From Candidatus Kerfeldbacteria bacterium (GTDB lineage Bacteria > Patescibacteriota > Patescibacteriia > SBBC01 > CAIJZX01): a stretch of DNA of 64,000 nt. The DNA is taken from assembly GCA_903825245.1 (NCBI GenBank), contig CAIJZX010000012.1, forward strand, positions 76,059 to 140,058, in the 5' to 3' direction. Positions within the stretch are counted from its first letter, which is position 1; every line of letters begins with the position of its first letter. The position numbers and the translations under genes were made by a program. Under the pieces are notes generated by a model, which worked only from the letters and a program-made list of their open reading frames with translations, did no database searches and was not told the DNA's origin. Shown here piece after piece: positions 48,012-57,727 of this stretch.

Positions 48012-48422
48012 TTACTGTTCTTTCTTGATGAACTTCGTCTTAACTGGTAGCTTATAGGCTGCGAGGCGCATGGCTTGACGAGCCACATCTTCCTTCACAC
48101 CATCCATTTCGAAGAGCATAGTTCCTGGTTTCACCACAGTCACATAGTGATCGACTGCGCCCTTACCGCCACCCATACGAACTTCATTACCTTTGATGGT
48201 GACCGGCTTGTCGGGAAAGACGCGAATCCAGACCTTACCACCACGTTGAATGAAGCGGGTCATGGCTCGACGAGCAGCTTCTAATTGTCGCGCCGTCACC
48301 CATCGCGGCTCCAACGCTTTCAGGCCGAACGTGCCGAAGCTCAATTCAAGTTTATCGGTCGCCTTTCCACGGATTCGTCCGCGATGCCATTTGCGATGTT
48401 TTACTTTCTTCGGGGTCAACAT
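48012..48422 (-). CDS. rplP: 50S ribosomal protein uL16
   Basis: [24 protein letters not shown]. Confidence 0.97.
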   Translation of the reverse strand: MLTPKKVKHRKWHRGRIRGKATDKLELSFGTFGLKALEPRWVTARQLEAARRAMTRFIQRGGKVWIRVFPDKPVTIKGNEVRMGGGKGAVDHYVTVVKPGTMLFEMDGVKEDVARQAMRLAAYKLPVKTKFIKKEQ

Positions 48423-48425
48423 AAA

Positions 48426-49091
48426 TTATTTGAGAGGAGATTCCTTCTTATCTTTGGCGAACACTTCACCGGTATACACCCAAACTTTGATACCAATTTT
48501 CCCGTAGGTGGTATGCGCTTCGCCACGACCATAATCGATACCGGCGCGAATCGTCTGTAGTGGTAGGCTGCCATTCGATAACATTTCGGTACGAGCGATT
48601 TCTGCGCCGTTCAGGCGTCCAGCTAACATGACTTTGACTCCTTTTGCACCAGCCTGCATCGTCTGTTCAATCGTGTTCTTCATAATCCGACGGAACGGTA
48701 AGCGTTTTTCAATTTGTTCCGCAATGTTACCGACGATGATTTGGGCTGACAGTTCCGGATTTTCCACTTCTTGAACGTTCAATTTAACGTTCACCTTTCC
48801 CTGCCCCATATGGAGTCGTCGGACGGCTTGGCGGAGAGTTTCAATACCTTGACCACCACGTCCAATGACGACGCCGGGTTTCGATGTATGTACCGTGACG
48901 GTAACGTTTTGGAGAGAGCGTTCAATATCAATGCGCGCGATACCAGCATTGTGCAGTTTTCCTAATAGGTATTTTCGAATTTGCACATCTTGTCGTAACA
49001 AGGTGGCATAATTTCGGGCACTAAACCAACGGGAATTATAGGCGCCGGTAACGCTCAGACGGAAACTTTTCGGATGGACTTTTTGACCCAT
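48426..49091 (-). CDS. rpsC: 30S ribosomal protein uS3
   Basis: MGQKVHP, GRLNGAEIAR. Confidence 0.97.
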   Translation of the reverse strand: MGQKVHPKSFRLSVTGAYNSRWFSARNYATLLRQDVQIRKYLLGKLHNAGIARIDIERSLQNVTVTVHTSKPGVVIGRGGQGIETLRQAVRRLHMGQGKVNVKLNVQEVENPELSAQIIVGNIAEQIEKRLPFRRIMKNTIEQTMQAGAKGVKVMLAGRLNGAEIARTEMLSNGSLPLQTIRAGIDYGRGEAHTTYGKIGIKVWVYTGEVFAKDKKESPLK

Positions 49092-49095
49092 AGTA

Positions 49096-49632
49096 TTATT
49101 CCTTTCCCTGACGGCGGACCGTCACATCTTGAGCATCACGCGCCTTCGACTTGGCTGTGGACGATTTCTTGGCAACAACTGATTTCGACTTTTTCGGAAC
49201 TTCAATTCCCGAGGTGGCTGGCGCGCCGGCAACTTTTTCCGCAGCAATACTGATGGTATTCGCCTTTTCTACCTTCTTCTTGCCTTTCGGCGCCGAGGGA
49301 ACAATTTCATCCAAAATAATTGTAATATGCGTCATTTTCTTTAAAATCTCGGCAGCGCGGCCGAAGGCTCGAGGCTGCCAGCGTTTCAAACGTGGACCTT
49401 CGTTAGCCACAATCGACTTAATACGTAAATTGCTACGTTCCAGTTGAAAATTATGTTCGGCATTGGCGACTGCTGAATTCAGCAATTTCAACACCGGCAA
49501 AGATGAACCTTTTTGCAAAACACTCAGTTGATCAACCGCCTGTTCGACGGTCAACCCTCGTACCAGGTTTACAACTAAGCGAACTTTACGAGGAGCGATG
49601 CGGAGATAACGAAGATGAGCGCGGACTTCCAT
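49096..49632 (-). CDS. rplV: 50S ribosomal protein uL22 with basic C-terminal extension
   Basis: RIAPRKVRLV, SAVANA, PRAFGRA. Confidence 0.96.
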   Translation of the reverse strand: MEVRAHLRYLRIAPRKVRLVVNLVRGLTVEQAVDQLSVLQKGSSLPVLKLLNSAVANAEHNFQLERSNLRIKSIVANEGPRLKRWQPRAFGRAAEILKKMTHITIILDEIVPSAPKGKKKVEKANTISIAAEKVAGAPATSGIEVPKKSKSVVAKKSSTAKSKARDAQDVTVRRQGKE

Positions 49633-49635
49633 GGA

Positions 49636-49959
49636 TTATTTCTTAGGTGCTGGAGCGGCTGCGGCCGGTTTCTCTTGAGCGGCAGTTTCAATTTCTTTCT
49701 GCATTTTACCGCCGTGTCGAATAAATTTCTTGGTTGGTGAAAATTCACCGAGTTTATGACCGACCATATTTTCGACGACGTAGACCGGAAGGTGGACTTT
49801 CCCATTGTGGACGCCGAAAGTAAAACCAACCATCTGCGGCGTGATAACAGAATCGCGCGACCAGGTTTTGATAATTGTCTTATCGCCAATCTTCAACTTC
49901 CCGAGCTTCTTCAGCAGGTTTGGATCGACGAACGGTGCTTTTTTCAGTGATCGTCCCAT
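49636..49959 (-). CDS. rpsS: 30S ribosomal protein uS19
   Basis: RSLKK.PF, KTWSR, GHKLGEF. Confidence 0.97.
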   Translation of the reverse strand: MGRSLKKAPFVDPNLLKKLGKLKIGDKTIIKTWSRDSVITPQMVGFTFGVHNGKVHLPVYVVENMVGHKLGEFSPTKKFIRHGGKMQKEIETAAQEKPAAAAPAPKK

Positions 49960-49963
49960 ACAA

Positions 49964-50800
49964 TTATGCGCGTCGGCGACTAATAATTAATCGAGCTGAA
50001 TACTTCTTCTTATCGCGGGTGCGAACACCTAAGGCGTGCTTGCCCCACGGCGTCTTCGGATACTTCATACCAATCGGTTGGTTTCCTTCGCCGCCACCGT
50101 GCGGGTGATCAACCGGGTTCATGGCTTTACCGCGGACACTCGGACGGCGGTTCTTCCAACGCATGCGTCCGGCTTTGCCCCAACGAATATTCCCGTGATC
50201 CATGTTCGACATCTGGCCGATTGAGGCCATGCAGGTCTTCATGACTTTGCGAATTTCTCCTGATGGCATTTTCAACGAGACGTAATCGCCTTCGAAGGAC
50301 ATAATGGTAGCGACCGTTCCAGCCGAGCGGACAATAGCTCCGCCGCGTCCCGGCGATAATTCAATATTGTGGATCGGGATACCGGTCGGAATGAATTCCA
50401 TAGCGGTGCGGTTGCCGGTAGCGATTTCTACCGCTTTCGGCGAACTGACGACGATCGCTCCGACAGCTAATCCAGTTGGCGCGAGGATGTATCGTTTTTC
50501 ATGATCCGCGTATTCAATCAACGCCACGTGCGCTGAACGATTCGGATCGTATTGAATGCCGAGAACGGTCGCCGGCAAATCGTAGCGTTCCTGTTTAAAA
50601 TCAACTTGGCGATAGAATCGTTTGTTACCCGCGCCACGGTGGCGAACAGTGATTTTTCCTGAAAAGTTACGTCCGGCATCTTGCTTGATCGTCTTGAGAA
50701 GTGCTTTGTGCGGTGTTTGGACACCAACCAGCTCAGCATAGTCGTTGACTGACGACTTGCGGCGACCTGGCGATGTTGGACGATAGATGCGGACTCCCAT
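49964..50800 (-). CDS. rplB: 50S ribosomal protein uL2
   Basis: [21 protein letters not shown]. Confidence 0.98.
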   Translation of the reverse strand: MGVRIYRPTSPGRRKSSVNDYAELVGVQTPHKALLKTIKQDAGRNFSGKITVRHRGAGNKRFYRQVDFKQERYDLPATVLGIQYDPNRSAHVALIEYADHEKRYILAPTGLAVGAIVVSSPKAVEIATGNRTAMEFIPTGIPIHNIELSPGRGGAIVRSAGTVATIMSFEGDYVSLKMPSGEIRKVMKTCMASIGQMSNMDHGNIRWGKAGRMRWKNRRPSVRGKAMNPVDHPHGGGEGNQPIGMKYPKTPWGKHALGVRTRDKKKYSARLIISRRRA

Positions 50801-50808
50801 AGGTGTAG

Positions 50809-51303
50809 TTAAACGCTGACGACGTCAATAGTTTTTCCAGCTGGCAGGGTGACAATCATTTTTTTCCGTTTTGCGGTGCGACCCATCATGCGACCGAAGC
50901 GGACTTCTTTGCCCAGCATGGTGATCGAATTCACGTTGATCGGCATGACGCCGTAGAGGTGATGGACCGCTTGGCGGACATCTGCCTTCGTAGCAGTCGT
51001 TGCGACTTCAAATGTGTACTGTGATTGAGCGCCACCGCGGGTGGACTTTTCGGTGACTACTGCGCGAATAAGCGCGCGCTTGATCATTTCTGAAGCTGGA
51101 TTGCCTTTAGCGACCGGGGCCGTTTTCGGTTCCGACTTGGCTTTCTTGGCGACAACTGGCTCTTTCGCGGCGCCGACTTCGGCGAACGCTTTCTTTTCCG
51201 CGTCTTTAACTTTATCCGCCTTCGTCGCTTTGACCACGCCGCGCTTCGGGCCAGCTGTCTGGTCCTTACCTTTTGTACTCGTGAAGCGATCAAAGAGACC
51301 CAT
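50809..51303 (-). CDS. rplW: 50S ribosomal protein uL23 with about 70-aa N-terminal extension
   Basis: VTEKS, YTFEV, KKMIVTL in the C-terminal half; position between rplD and rplB. Confidence 0.93.
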   Translation of the reverse strand: MGLFDRFTSTKGKDQTAGPKRGVVKATKADKVKDAEKKAFAEVGAAKEPVVAKKAKSEPKTAPVAKGNPASEMIKRALIRAVVTEKSTRGGAQSQYTFEVATTATKADVRQAVHHLYGVMPINVNSITMLGKEVRFGRMMGRTAKRKKMIVTLPAGKTIDVVSV

Positions 51304-51307
51304 ACAA

Positions 51308-51934
51308 TTATTTAGCGTACGTTGAGCGAATAATATCTAGCGCCGGTTTCACAATCAGTAATTGCTTGACGTTGACAACATCGTAGGTATTCAAGCTGTC
51401 GGCCCGAATGAAGGTCACACCTGGAACATTGCGACCAGATTTAATTAATGACATGCTGGTGGTCGGCACGATAACCAATGCTTTTTTCGTGACGGACAAC
51501 TTTTTCAACATGGTCGCGAAATCTTTCGTTTTCGGCGCCGCCATTATCATATCATCAACCACGGTAATCGCTGCACCTTCAGCTTTATCGCTGAGTGACA
51601 TCAGTAACGCTTTGCGCTTGGCCGAAATATTCATTTTCAATTCGAAATTGCGGTTCTTACGTGGTCCGAAGATAACGCCGCCGCCTTTCCATTGCGGTGA
51701 ACGAATAGAACCATGTCGAGCGCGACCGGTTCCTTTTTGCTTCCACGGTTTCTTACCGCCGCCGCGAACTTCACCCTTCGTTTTGGTGTGAGCAATTGCG
51801 ACACGTCGGTTGGCTAAGTGCGTGATGATCGCTTGTTCAATCAAACCGGCGTTCGGCTTGATGCCAAAGACTTTGGCGTCGAGTTCGACGTCGCCGATGA
51901 CCTCACCAGTTTGGTTGTAGAGCTTGGTGTTCAT
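51308..51934 (-). CDS. rplD: 50S ribosomal protein uL4
   Basis: KPWKQKGTGRARHGS. Confidence 0.97.
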   Translation of the reverse strand: MNTKLYNQTGEVIGDVELDAKVFGIKPNAGLIEQAIITHLANRRVAIAHTKTKGEVRGGGKKPWKQKGTGRARHGSIRSPQWKGGGVIFGPRKNRNFELKMNISAKRKALLMSLSDKAEGAAITVVDDMIMAAPKTKDFATMLKKLSVTKKALVIVPTTSMSLIKSGRNVPGVTFIRADSLNTYDVVNVKQLLIVKPALDIIRSTYAK

Positions 51935-52539
51935 GCGCGTGCTTGGACAATCACCATTCCGTTACGTGCGCCAGGAACTGCGCCGGAAATCCAGAGTTCA
52001 TTCTTTTCTGTATCGACGGCCACGATTTTCAAACCGATGACGGTAACTTTTGCGTTGCCGAGTCGGCCGGCCATGCGCGTGCCTTTCATGACGTGCTGTG
52101 GGAATGTTGCACCGATCGAACCAGGCGCGCGAAGGTTATCTTTGTGACCATGGGAAGCCGGACCGCCGCGGAAGTGGTGTCGCTTAACGACACCAGCAAA
52201 ACCACGGCCTTTCGAGGTCGCGGTCACTTGGACTTTATCACCAACGGCGAACGAAGAAACATCAACCTTCGCGCCGCGTTCTAACACTTCCGTTGACTTC
52301 GTTTCGCGAACGTAGCGGAAGAGACCGAGTTCTTTCCATTGTCCCTGTTGTTGCTTCGCCACACGGTTCTTTTTCTTGGTGCCGGCAGCGACGCTCATCG
52401 TTTTCATCTCCACGCCATCACTCGACCGGACGTTGGTAATAACGTTCGGTTCAGCTTTGACGACCGTCACCGGCACGACGGTTCCGTCGTCCTGGAAGAC
52501 TTGTGTCATCTGCAATTTGTGACCGATGATGAATTTCAT
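51931..52539 (-). CDS. rplC: 50S ribosomal protein uL3
   Basis: [23 protein letters not shown]. Confidence 0.97.
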   Translation of the reverse strand: MKFIIGHKLQMTQVFQDDGTVVPVTVVKAEPNVITNVRSSDGVEMKTMSVAAGTKKKNRVAKQQQGQWKELGLFRYVRETKSTEVLERGAKVDVSSFAVGDKVQVTATSKGRGFAGVVKRHHFRGGPASHGHKDNLRAPGSIGATFPQHVMKGTRMAGRLGNAKVTVIGLKIVAVDTEKNELWISGAVPGARNGMVIVQARA

Positions 52540-52544
52540 TGGGA

Positions 52545-52714
52545 AACTGATTGATGAAGAGAAAAGCGCTCGCGGCGGCCAACTGGCCGCCGCGAGCGGC
52601 GATCCTGTTAGCTACCGTTGTCCTGGGATTACTTCTGCTGGTACCGGTCTTGTCATCCCTGGAACTGATGGCTGGATTGTAGAGTTAAGTTATGCCCTTC
52701 GACGGGCTCAGGAC
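52545..52714 (-). promoter_or_regulatory. Structured rpsJ-rplC intergenic leader with a 14-bp GC hairpin and a REP-like motif
   Basis: CGCTCGCGGCGGCC-AACT-GGCCGCCGCGAGCG (52567-98) followed by CTTTTCTCTT on - strand; GTCCTGAGCCCGTCGAAGGGC (52694-714). Confidence 0.55.
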
Positions 52715-53064
52715 TACGACTTAATCTCGATGTCCACGCCCGCCGGAAGATTCAGGTTCGTCAGGGCATCCACCGTTTTCGGCGTCGGATCGATGATATC
52801 GACCAGGCGCTTGTGCGTCCGCATTTCGTACTGCTCTCGCGAATTCTTGTGAGCGAAAGCCGAACGAATCACCGTGTACTGACTCCGTTCCGTCGGCAAC
52901 GGCACCGGACCTTTGATTTTTGCGCCGGTACGAATCGCCGTATCAATGATCGTCTTGGTCGACTGATCGATGATCTTGTGATCGTAAGCGCGAATCTTGA
53001 TCCGAAGTCGTTGGTGGACTTCTTCGTCGGGAGTAGCGGTGAGAGGAACGTGTGGTTCAGGCAT
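52714..53064 (-). CDS. rpsJ: 30S ribosomal protein uS10 (NusE)
   Basis: [28 protein letters not shown]. Confidence 0.97.
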   Translation of the reverse strand: MPEPHVPLTATPDEEVHQRLRIKIRAYDHKIIDQSTKTIIDTAIRTGAKIKGPVPLPTERSQYTVIRSAFAHKNSREQYEMRTHKRLVDIIDPTPKTVDALTNLNLPAGVDIEIKS

Positions 53065-53091
53065 GGAAAGGGCGAGAGATTGTCGTGGGTA

Positions 53092-54276
53092 TTACTTGAT
53101 GATCTTCGTTACCACGCCGGCGCCGACTGTGTGGCCACCTTCGCGAATGGCGAAGCGTTGCTGTTCTTCAAGTGCGACTGGAGTGATGAGCTTGATGACG
53201 AATTTCATCTGGTCCCCAGGCATTACCATTTCGGTACCAGCCGGTAATTCGATTTCGCCAGTCACGTCCGTGGTGCGAATGTAGAATTGCGGTTTGTAGC
53301 CTTTGAAGAACGGTGTATGTCGTCCACCTTCTTCTTTGGAGAGGACGATGACCTCAGCTTCAAACTCGCTGTGCGGGGTAACTGTACCTGGCTTAGCTAG
53401 CACTTGACCGCGTTCGACATCTTCTTTCTTCGTACCGCGGAGGAGTAAACCAGCATTATCGCCAGCCACACCAGAATCCAATTGCTTGTTGAACATTTCG
53501 ATACCAGTCACGACGGACTTGGCGGTCGGTTTCAGACCGACGATTTCCACTTCGTCATTAATCTTGATTTCACCGCGTTCGATACGACCCGTAACAACGG
53601 TACCGCGACCTTCAATCGAGAAGATATCTTCAATTGGCATCAAGAACGGTTTATCGGTCGCGCGCTTCGGTTCCGGAATGTATTCATCGAGCGTCTTCAT
53701 GAGCTCCATGATTTTTTCCTGGTAGGCCGGATCGCCTTCCAAAGCCTTCAATGCTGAACCGCGGATGATCGGGGTGGTATCGCCTGGGAAATCATACTTC
53801 TTTAACAAATCGCGGATTTCGACTTCGACGAGGTCAATCAATTCAGCATCATCAACCGTATCGCACTTGTTCAAGAAGACGACGATGTATGGTACACCGA
53901 CCTGCTTGGCCAAGAGAATGTGTTCGCGGGTCTGCGGCATCGGACCGTCAGCGGCCGAAACAACGAGAATTGCACCGTCCATTTGGGCAGCACCGGTAAT
54001 CATGTTCTTGACGTAGTCGGCGTGTCCTGGACAGTCGACGTGTGCGTAGTGACGATTCGCTGTTTCATACTCAACGTGGGCCGTAGCAATCGTAATACCG
54101 CGAGCCTTTTCTTCCGGTGCGTTATCGATATCATCAACGCCTTTCGTTTGCGCGATGAATCCCTTATCGGCTAATGTCTTGAGAATAGCGGCCGTTAATG
54201 TGGTCTTACCATGGTCGACGTGACCGATAGTACCAACGTTGACGTGCGGCTTACTGCGATCAAATTTTTCTGCCAT
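53092..54276 (-). CDS. tuf: Elongation factor Tu
   Basis: [23 protein letters not shown]; start MAEKF. Confidence 0.99.
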   Translation of the reverse strand: MAEKFDRSKPHVNVGTIGHVDHGKTTLTAAILKTLADKGFIAQTKGVDDIDNAPEEKARGITIATAHVEYETANRHYAHVDCPGHADYVKNMITGAAQMDGAILVVSAADGPMPQTREHILLAKQVGVPYIVVFLNKCDTVDDAELIDLVEVEIRDLLKKYDFPGDTTPIIRGSALKALEGDPAYQEKIMELMKTLDEYIPEPKRATDKPFLMPIEDIFSIEGRGTVVTGRIERGEIKINDEVEIVGLKPTAKSVVTGIEMFNKQLDSGVAGDNAGLLLRGTKKEDVERGQVLAKPGTVTPHSEFEAEVIVLSKEEGGRHTPFFKGYKPQFYIRTTDVTGEIELPAGTEMVMPGDQMKFVIKLITPVALEEQQRFAIREGGHTVGAGVVTKIIK

Positions 54277-54611
54277 AGACTCGTTTGCGCTAGTTAGAAG
54301 AAAAAGGTTACAGAAATGCCTGGCGATTATAGCAGGGCTTGATAAACTTGGCAAGTGTCTACCCTTCAACCACAAGATCTAAACGAGGAAATTTTCAATT
54401 TTGGCTAATGTTAGCCTTTTTTTAATTTTTCCTGAGTTTTTTCCAAAAAATACACTCCATTTTCCGTTATACGCCTATATTTTAGCTAAAATTAGCCATT
54501 TTTTTATCCACAGGCTGTGGACTAACTTTTATTGAACTAACCATCAAAAATTGACTAATTCCATAAAAAGCCTAGTGTTCATGGGCGCTGATCTTTGACA
54601 ATGGAGGTTCG

Positions 54612-54989
54612 ATGCATCAACTGACGCCAAAGGACGCATCTGTACTTGCGATCGTGGTTGAGAACCCGAAGATGTCCGAGCGGCAATATCAAAGGCTGCT
54701 CACCCACGTCACTGACCCGGAACTACGGGAGCTCATCGGTGCTATTCGGGACAAGGATCTCGAAAAGCCTTTGACCGATCGTACGTGGCAATTTATCCCT
54801 GTTATACAAGATATTGAGGCTTGGCGTACCGCCAACGAAGGTCGACGCGGTCCAAACAACCGAACGCAGGAGGACGCAATGTATGGATTGGTAGGTGCAC
54901 TGATACTTCTTGGCGTCGGGTGGGGCGGTTTTAAACTGCTGACGTGGTCACTCGACAGACGTATTCGTCGGGTCAAGAAGCGGGTATAG
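54612..54989 (+). CDS. Orphan protein; internal in-frame SD-led start at 54879 gives a 36-aa TM peptide
   Basis: GGAGGT SD at 54603; AGGAGG before ATG 54879. Confidence 0.6.
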   Translation: MHQLTPKDASVLAIVVENPKMSERQYQRLLTHVTDPELRELIGAIRDKDLEKPLTDRTWQFIPVIQDIEAWRTANEGRRGPNNRTQEDAMYGLVGALILLGVGWGGFKLLTWSLDRRIRRVKKRV

Positions 54990-54999
54990 GAGAATCGTG

Positions 55000-55152
55000 A
55001 TGAGCACGAGAAGGTCTCTGAGAAGGTACCGTTCACTCGCGCCACGGAGATTACGGCGAGCTACTAGTAAAGCAGAGCTGGAAAGAATGATGCTCAAGCA
55101 CTTTCCATGGATGTCGATGATATCGAAGTCGACCCCCAACAAGAGCCAGTAG
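55000..55152 (+). CDS. Tiny Arg-rich orphan protein (50 aa)
   Basis: AGGAGA SD; manual translation MSTRRSLRRYRSLAPRRLRRATSK... Confidence 0.5.
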   Translation: MSTRRSLRRYRSLAPRRLRRATSKAELERMMLKHFPWMSMISKSTPNKSQ

Positions 55153-55175
55153 CTCAAGGGAGACGAGGAAACGCT

Positions 55176-55421
55176 ATGAACAAGCGCTCAGCTATCCCGA
55201 CTCCGCACGGACTTCGGCTGAAACGCGGCAAGAACGGAATCTTCACTGCACCCGATCCCGGTCCGGAAGCTCAACGTGAGGCAGTGAAACGAGCTTTTCC
55301 TGACACGAATGTGGATCCGCCTGAATCCAACGACAACACGATCATCTGCGATGAGTGCGGATGGCGTGTCGAGAAGGAACGAACCTGCTCGAACTGCGGC
55401 AAGACTATGTCGTGTCCATAG
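55176..55421 (+). CDS. Small C-terminal Zn-ribbon protein
   Basis: GAGG SD; CDECG...CSNCG. Confidence 0.6.
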   Translation: MNKRSAIPTPHGLRLKRGKNGIFTAPDPGPEAQREAVKRAFPDTNVDPPESNDNTIICDECGWRVEKERTCSNCGKTMSCP

Positions 55422-55430
55422 GAGGAAGCT

Positions 55431-55631
55431 GTGAGAACCTTCATCAGGCTGTTACCTGTGTTCAGCCTGTTCGTGATCATTTGCGGCCTGGTATTCGCCT
55501 TCACATATCCGGAAAGACTAAATTTTGGACGAATCGTCGCTTGGGCGTTTCTCAGCTATTTCCCGATCTCAGAAACTGTCTCCAAGTGGAGCGATCGTTT
55601 CATAACAAAGTCCGGATCGGCGAACTTGTGA
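55431..55631 (+). CDS. Small two-TM protein
   Basis: AGGAGG SD, GTG start. Confidence 0.6.
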   Translation: MRTFIRLLPVFSLFVIICGLVFAFTYPERLNFGRIVAWAFLSYFPISETVSKWSDRFITKSGSANL

Positions 55632-55671
55632 CCACCGCCAGTAGCAGTTTGTGCCCTCAAGAGGAGGCTCC

Positions 55672-55827
55672 ATGCCGAAAGCAGGCGTAGTAGTATCCGA
55701 GCAGATGGTGGCAAGAATGTTCTGCGGCGGAATCATTGGCGCACTGGTTGCGTCATTCCTGGGTCCCGAAGCCATCTTCGTGGGCGCGATCTTCGGTGCC
55801 GCGGCAGGTTTCGCAGTCACTCCGTGA
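55672..55827 (+). CDS. Tiny glycine-zipper membrane peptide (51 aa)
   Basis: GAGGAGG SD; manual translation ...GGIIGALVASFLGPEAIFVGAIFGAAAGF... Confidence 0.6.
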   Translation: MPKAGVVVSEQMVARMFCGGIIGALVASFLGPEAIFVGAIFGAAAGFAVTP

Positions 55828-55850
55828 TCAACTCAGAAGTCGTGGGAGGT

Positions 55851-55976
55851 ATGATGGAATTCCTCGCTGCAGTTGCTACCGTCTGTCTCTTGACCGCAGT
55901 CATGACGCTCGGGATACTGCGCTATGGCCACATCGCCTTCCAGGTCATGGGTCGTATCATGGGTATCGCGAAGTAG
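55851..55976 (+). CDS. Tiny single-TM peptide (about 40 aa)
   Basis: GGGAGGT SD; MMEFLAAVATVCLLTAVMTLGILRYG... Confidence 0.55.
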   Translation: MMEFLAAVATVCLLTAVMTLGILRYGHIAFQVMGRIMGIAK

Positions 55977-56012
55977 TCTGAACTACAACGTTACACACAA
56001 ACGTACAACCAC

Positions 56013-56042
56013 CCCGCTAGCACATCGCTCGCGGTTTTTTTA
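56013..56042 (+). terminator. Terminator of the small-ORF operon
   Basis: CCGC-TAGC...GCT-CGCGG hairpin followed by a T-run. Confidence 0.55.
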
Positions 56043-56092
56043 TGTAAGAAAAAACCGCATATCACCAGGACATACGGTTCGGTACAAAGAGC

Positions 56093-57115
56093 TTAGCTGA
56101 GCTGAGCGAGAAGCCCCTGAATCAGCGGAACGTCGCTGTCATTACCCAGACGACGATCGATAGCCAAAGACTGCTGGTACAACGCCCGGGCTTGTTGAGT
56201 CTCTCCTCCGCGAGCGTGGAGCGCTTCGGCGCGGCGGAAACATGACAAGGACTGGAGTGCGAGGTACGCTTGATTACTCGACGATTCCCCTAGCAATTCT
56301 TCGACAATGGAAAGCGATTTTTCGAAAGCGTCATCCGCCTCGTCAAATCGGTTCATCATCCGCAACAGCAAACCCATTTCTTCGTAGGCGGTGGCGATAT
56401 TCTGCCGGTGTTTATTCGTCACCATTCGAAACGATCCGCCAAAACTATTGATGTACAGTTTGCCGCCCATACTCTTGACGGTCATCATTTTGCCGCAAAA
56501 CGGACATCCACCCATTCCGCCGGAACCGGGATCGACCGGCACTTCTCCAGACATCCCGCAGTTAGGACAACCAATCCGCGCAGTACCGCGATACGAAACA
56601 TTGACCTCATCAAGATCAATGATTTTGGTACGCGTGCTGGTAGTTGTGCCTTTTTCCTGAGCATCAATGGACCGTTTGAACATGCGCAGAGCTTGCTGCG
56701 CCGCCGGAAAATTTTCCAACACCTGTGCATCACTACCCATCCGAACACCAGGCCGGTAATGTCGAGCGGTCCAGAATGTGGTTCTGAGGATGGCGCGGTT
56801 GTAGTCATACAAACCCGCCGCCAACACCACGTGACGGAAGAAATACATCCACACGATAGGCGGCCCGAAGAGAATCGCGCTGGTCACCCACAAATGCTGA
56901 TTGTTCAGGTAGTGGAATTCCAGGTGAAACTGCTTTTGCAGTAGACCGGCCGCCAACAACGTCAGCATGCCAACCATACTTGCTCCGACTGCCCGAGGGT
57001 TCAGTGGCCGCTGCAGACCCATTTCCCACAGTCCGTATCGCGCCCATTCGGTGGTCAAGACGCAGTTACAGACCAGTAAAATCGCCAACACGGCATATTC
57101 CACGCTCATAGTCAT
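56093..57115 (-). CDS. Membrane protein with Zn-ribbon and TPR repeats
   Basis: 3 TM helices, CPNCG...CPFCG, ATAYEEMGLLL..MNRFDEA...FEKSL TPR. Confidence 0.75.
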   Translation of the reverse strand: MTMSVEYAVLAILLVCNCVLTTEWARYGLWEMGLQRPLNPRAVGASMVGMLTLLAAGLLQKQFHLEFHYLNNQHLWVTSAILFGPPIVWMYFFRHVVLAAGLYDYNRAILRTTFWTARHYRPGVRMGSDAQVLENFPAAQQALRMFKRSIDAQEKGTTTSTRTKIIDLDEVNVSYRGTARIGCPNCGMSGEVPVDPGSGGMGGCPFCGKMMTVKSMGGKLYINSFGGSFRMVTNKHRQNIATAYEEMGLLLRMMNRFDEADDAFEKSLSIVEELLGESSSNQAYLALQSLSCFRRAEALHARGGETQQARALYQQSLAIDRRLGNDSDVPLIQGLLAQLS

Positions 57116-57118
57116 CCC

Positions 57119-57553
57119 CTATTCCCTAATGGCTTCAACAAACGAGAACATCCGGCTCATCGCAAAATTCGCGAAGAACATGATAAGGGTGACGCCCACC
57201 GTGATAAAAATCCGACCGATTGACGTCTCGGAAAGAAAGTGTCCTTGCGTCGCATACGCGGTGATCGTGCACACGATCCAACACAATCCGCCGACACTCA
57301 TCGAGAAGTGGCCACGCGGAAAGGTAGCGTCGTTATTCAAACCGACAAACAACCCAATAGCCAATCCGGGAATCGTGCCGTACCGAAGCGTCTGCTGCCA
57401 GATAAACGCCTGAACACCATCAGGCAACATCAACTCCGGCGACGTAATCGGTCCGCAGATGAGGAATTTTGCCGGAAGCAGGTAGTACAAAGAACCGAGC
57501 AAGACACCGAGGATGGCACCAGTCAGAACTGAAAGGCCGAGATTGTATCGCAT
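57119..57553 (-). CDS. Orphan four-TM membrane protein
   Basis: GGAGGG SD before MRYNLG; TTGACA-18-TAGGAT promoter. Confidence 0.65.
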   Translation of the reverse strand: MRYNLGLSVLTGAILGVLLGSLYYLLPAKFLICGPITSPELMLPDGVQAFIWQQTLRYGTIPGLAIGLFVGLNNDATFPRGHFSMSVGGLCWIVCTITAYATQGHFLSETSIGRIFITVGVTLIMFFANFAMSRMFSFVEAIRE

Positions 57554-57727
57554 ACACCCTCCATTGATATGGATAGGCTCCGGGACTTGGAACAAATTGT
57601 CAAACAACCGTACTGAATTGCGCCGTATCCTAGCCGTTTTTTCTATACGATGTCAAGTTGCGAACGACGCACCAGCCACAAGAAAAAAACACCCAATTGA
57701 GTGTCACCTATCATAGTTACTTGTTTA

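Noticed and set aside
54380-54545. Replication origin
   Set aside because: AT-rich with only one perfect and one weak DnaA box; no dnaA/dnaN nearby
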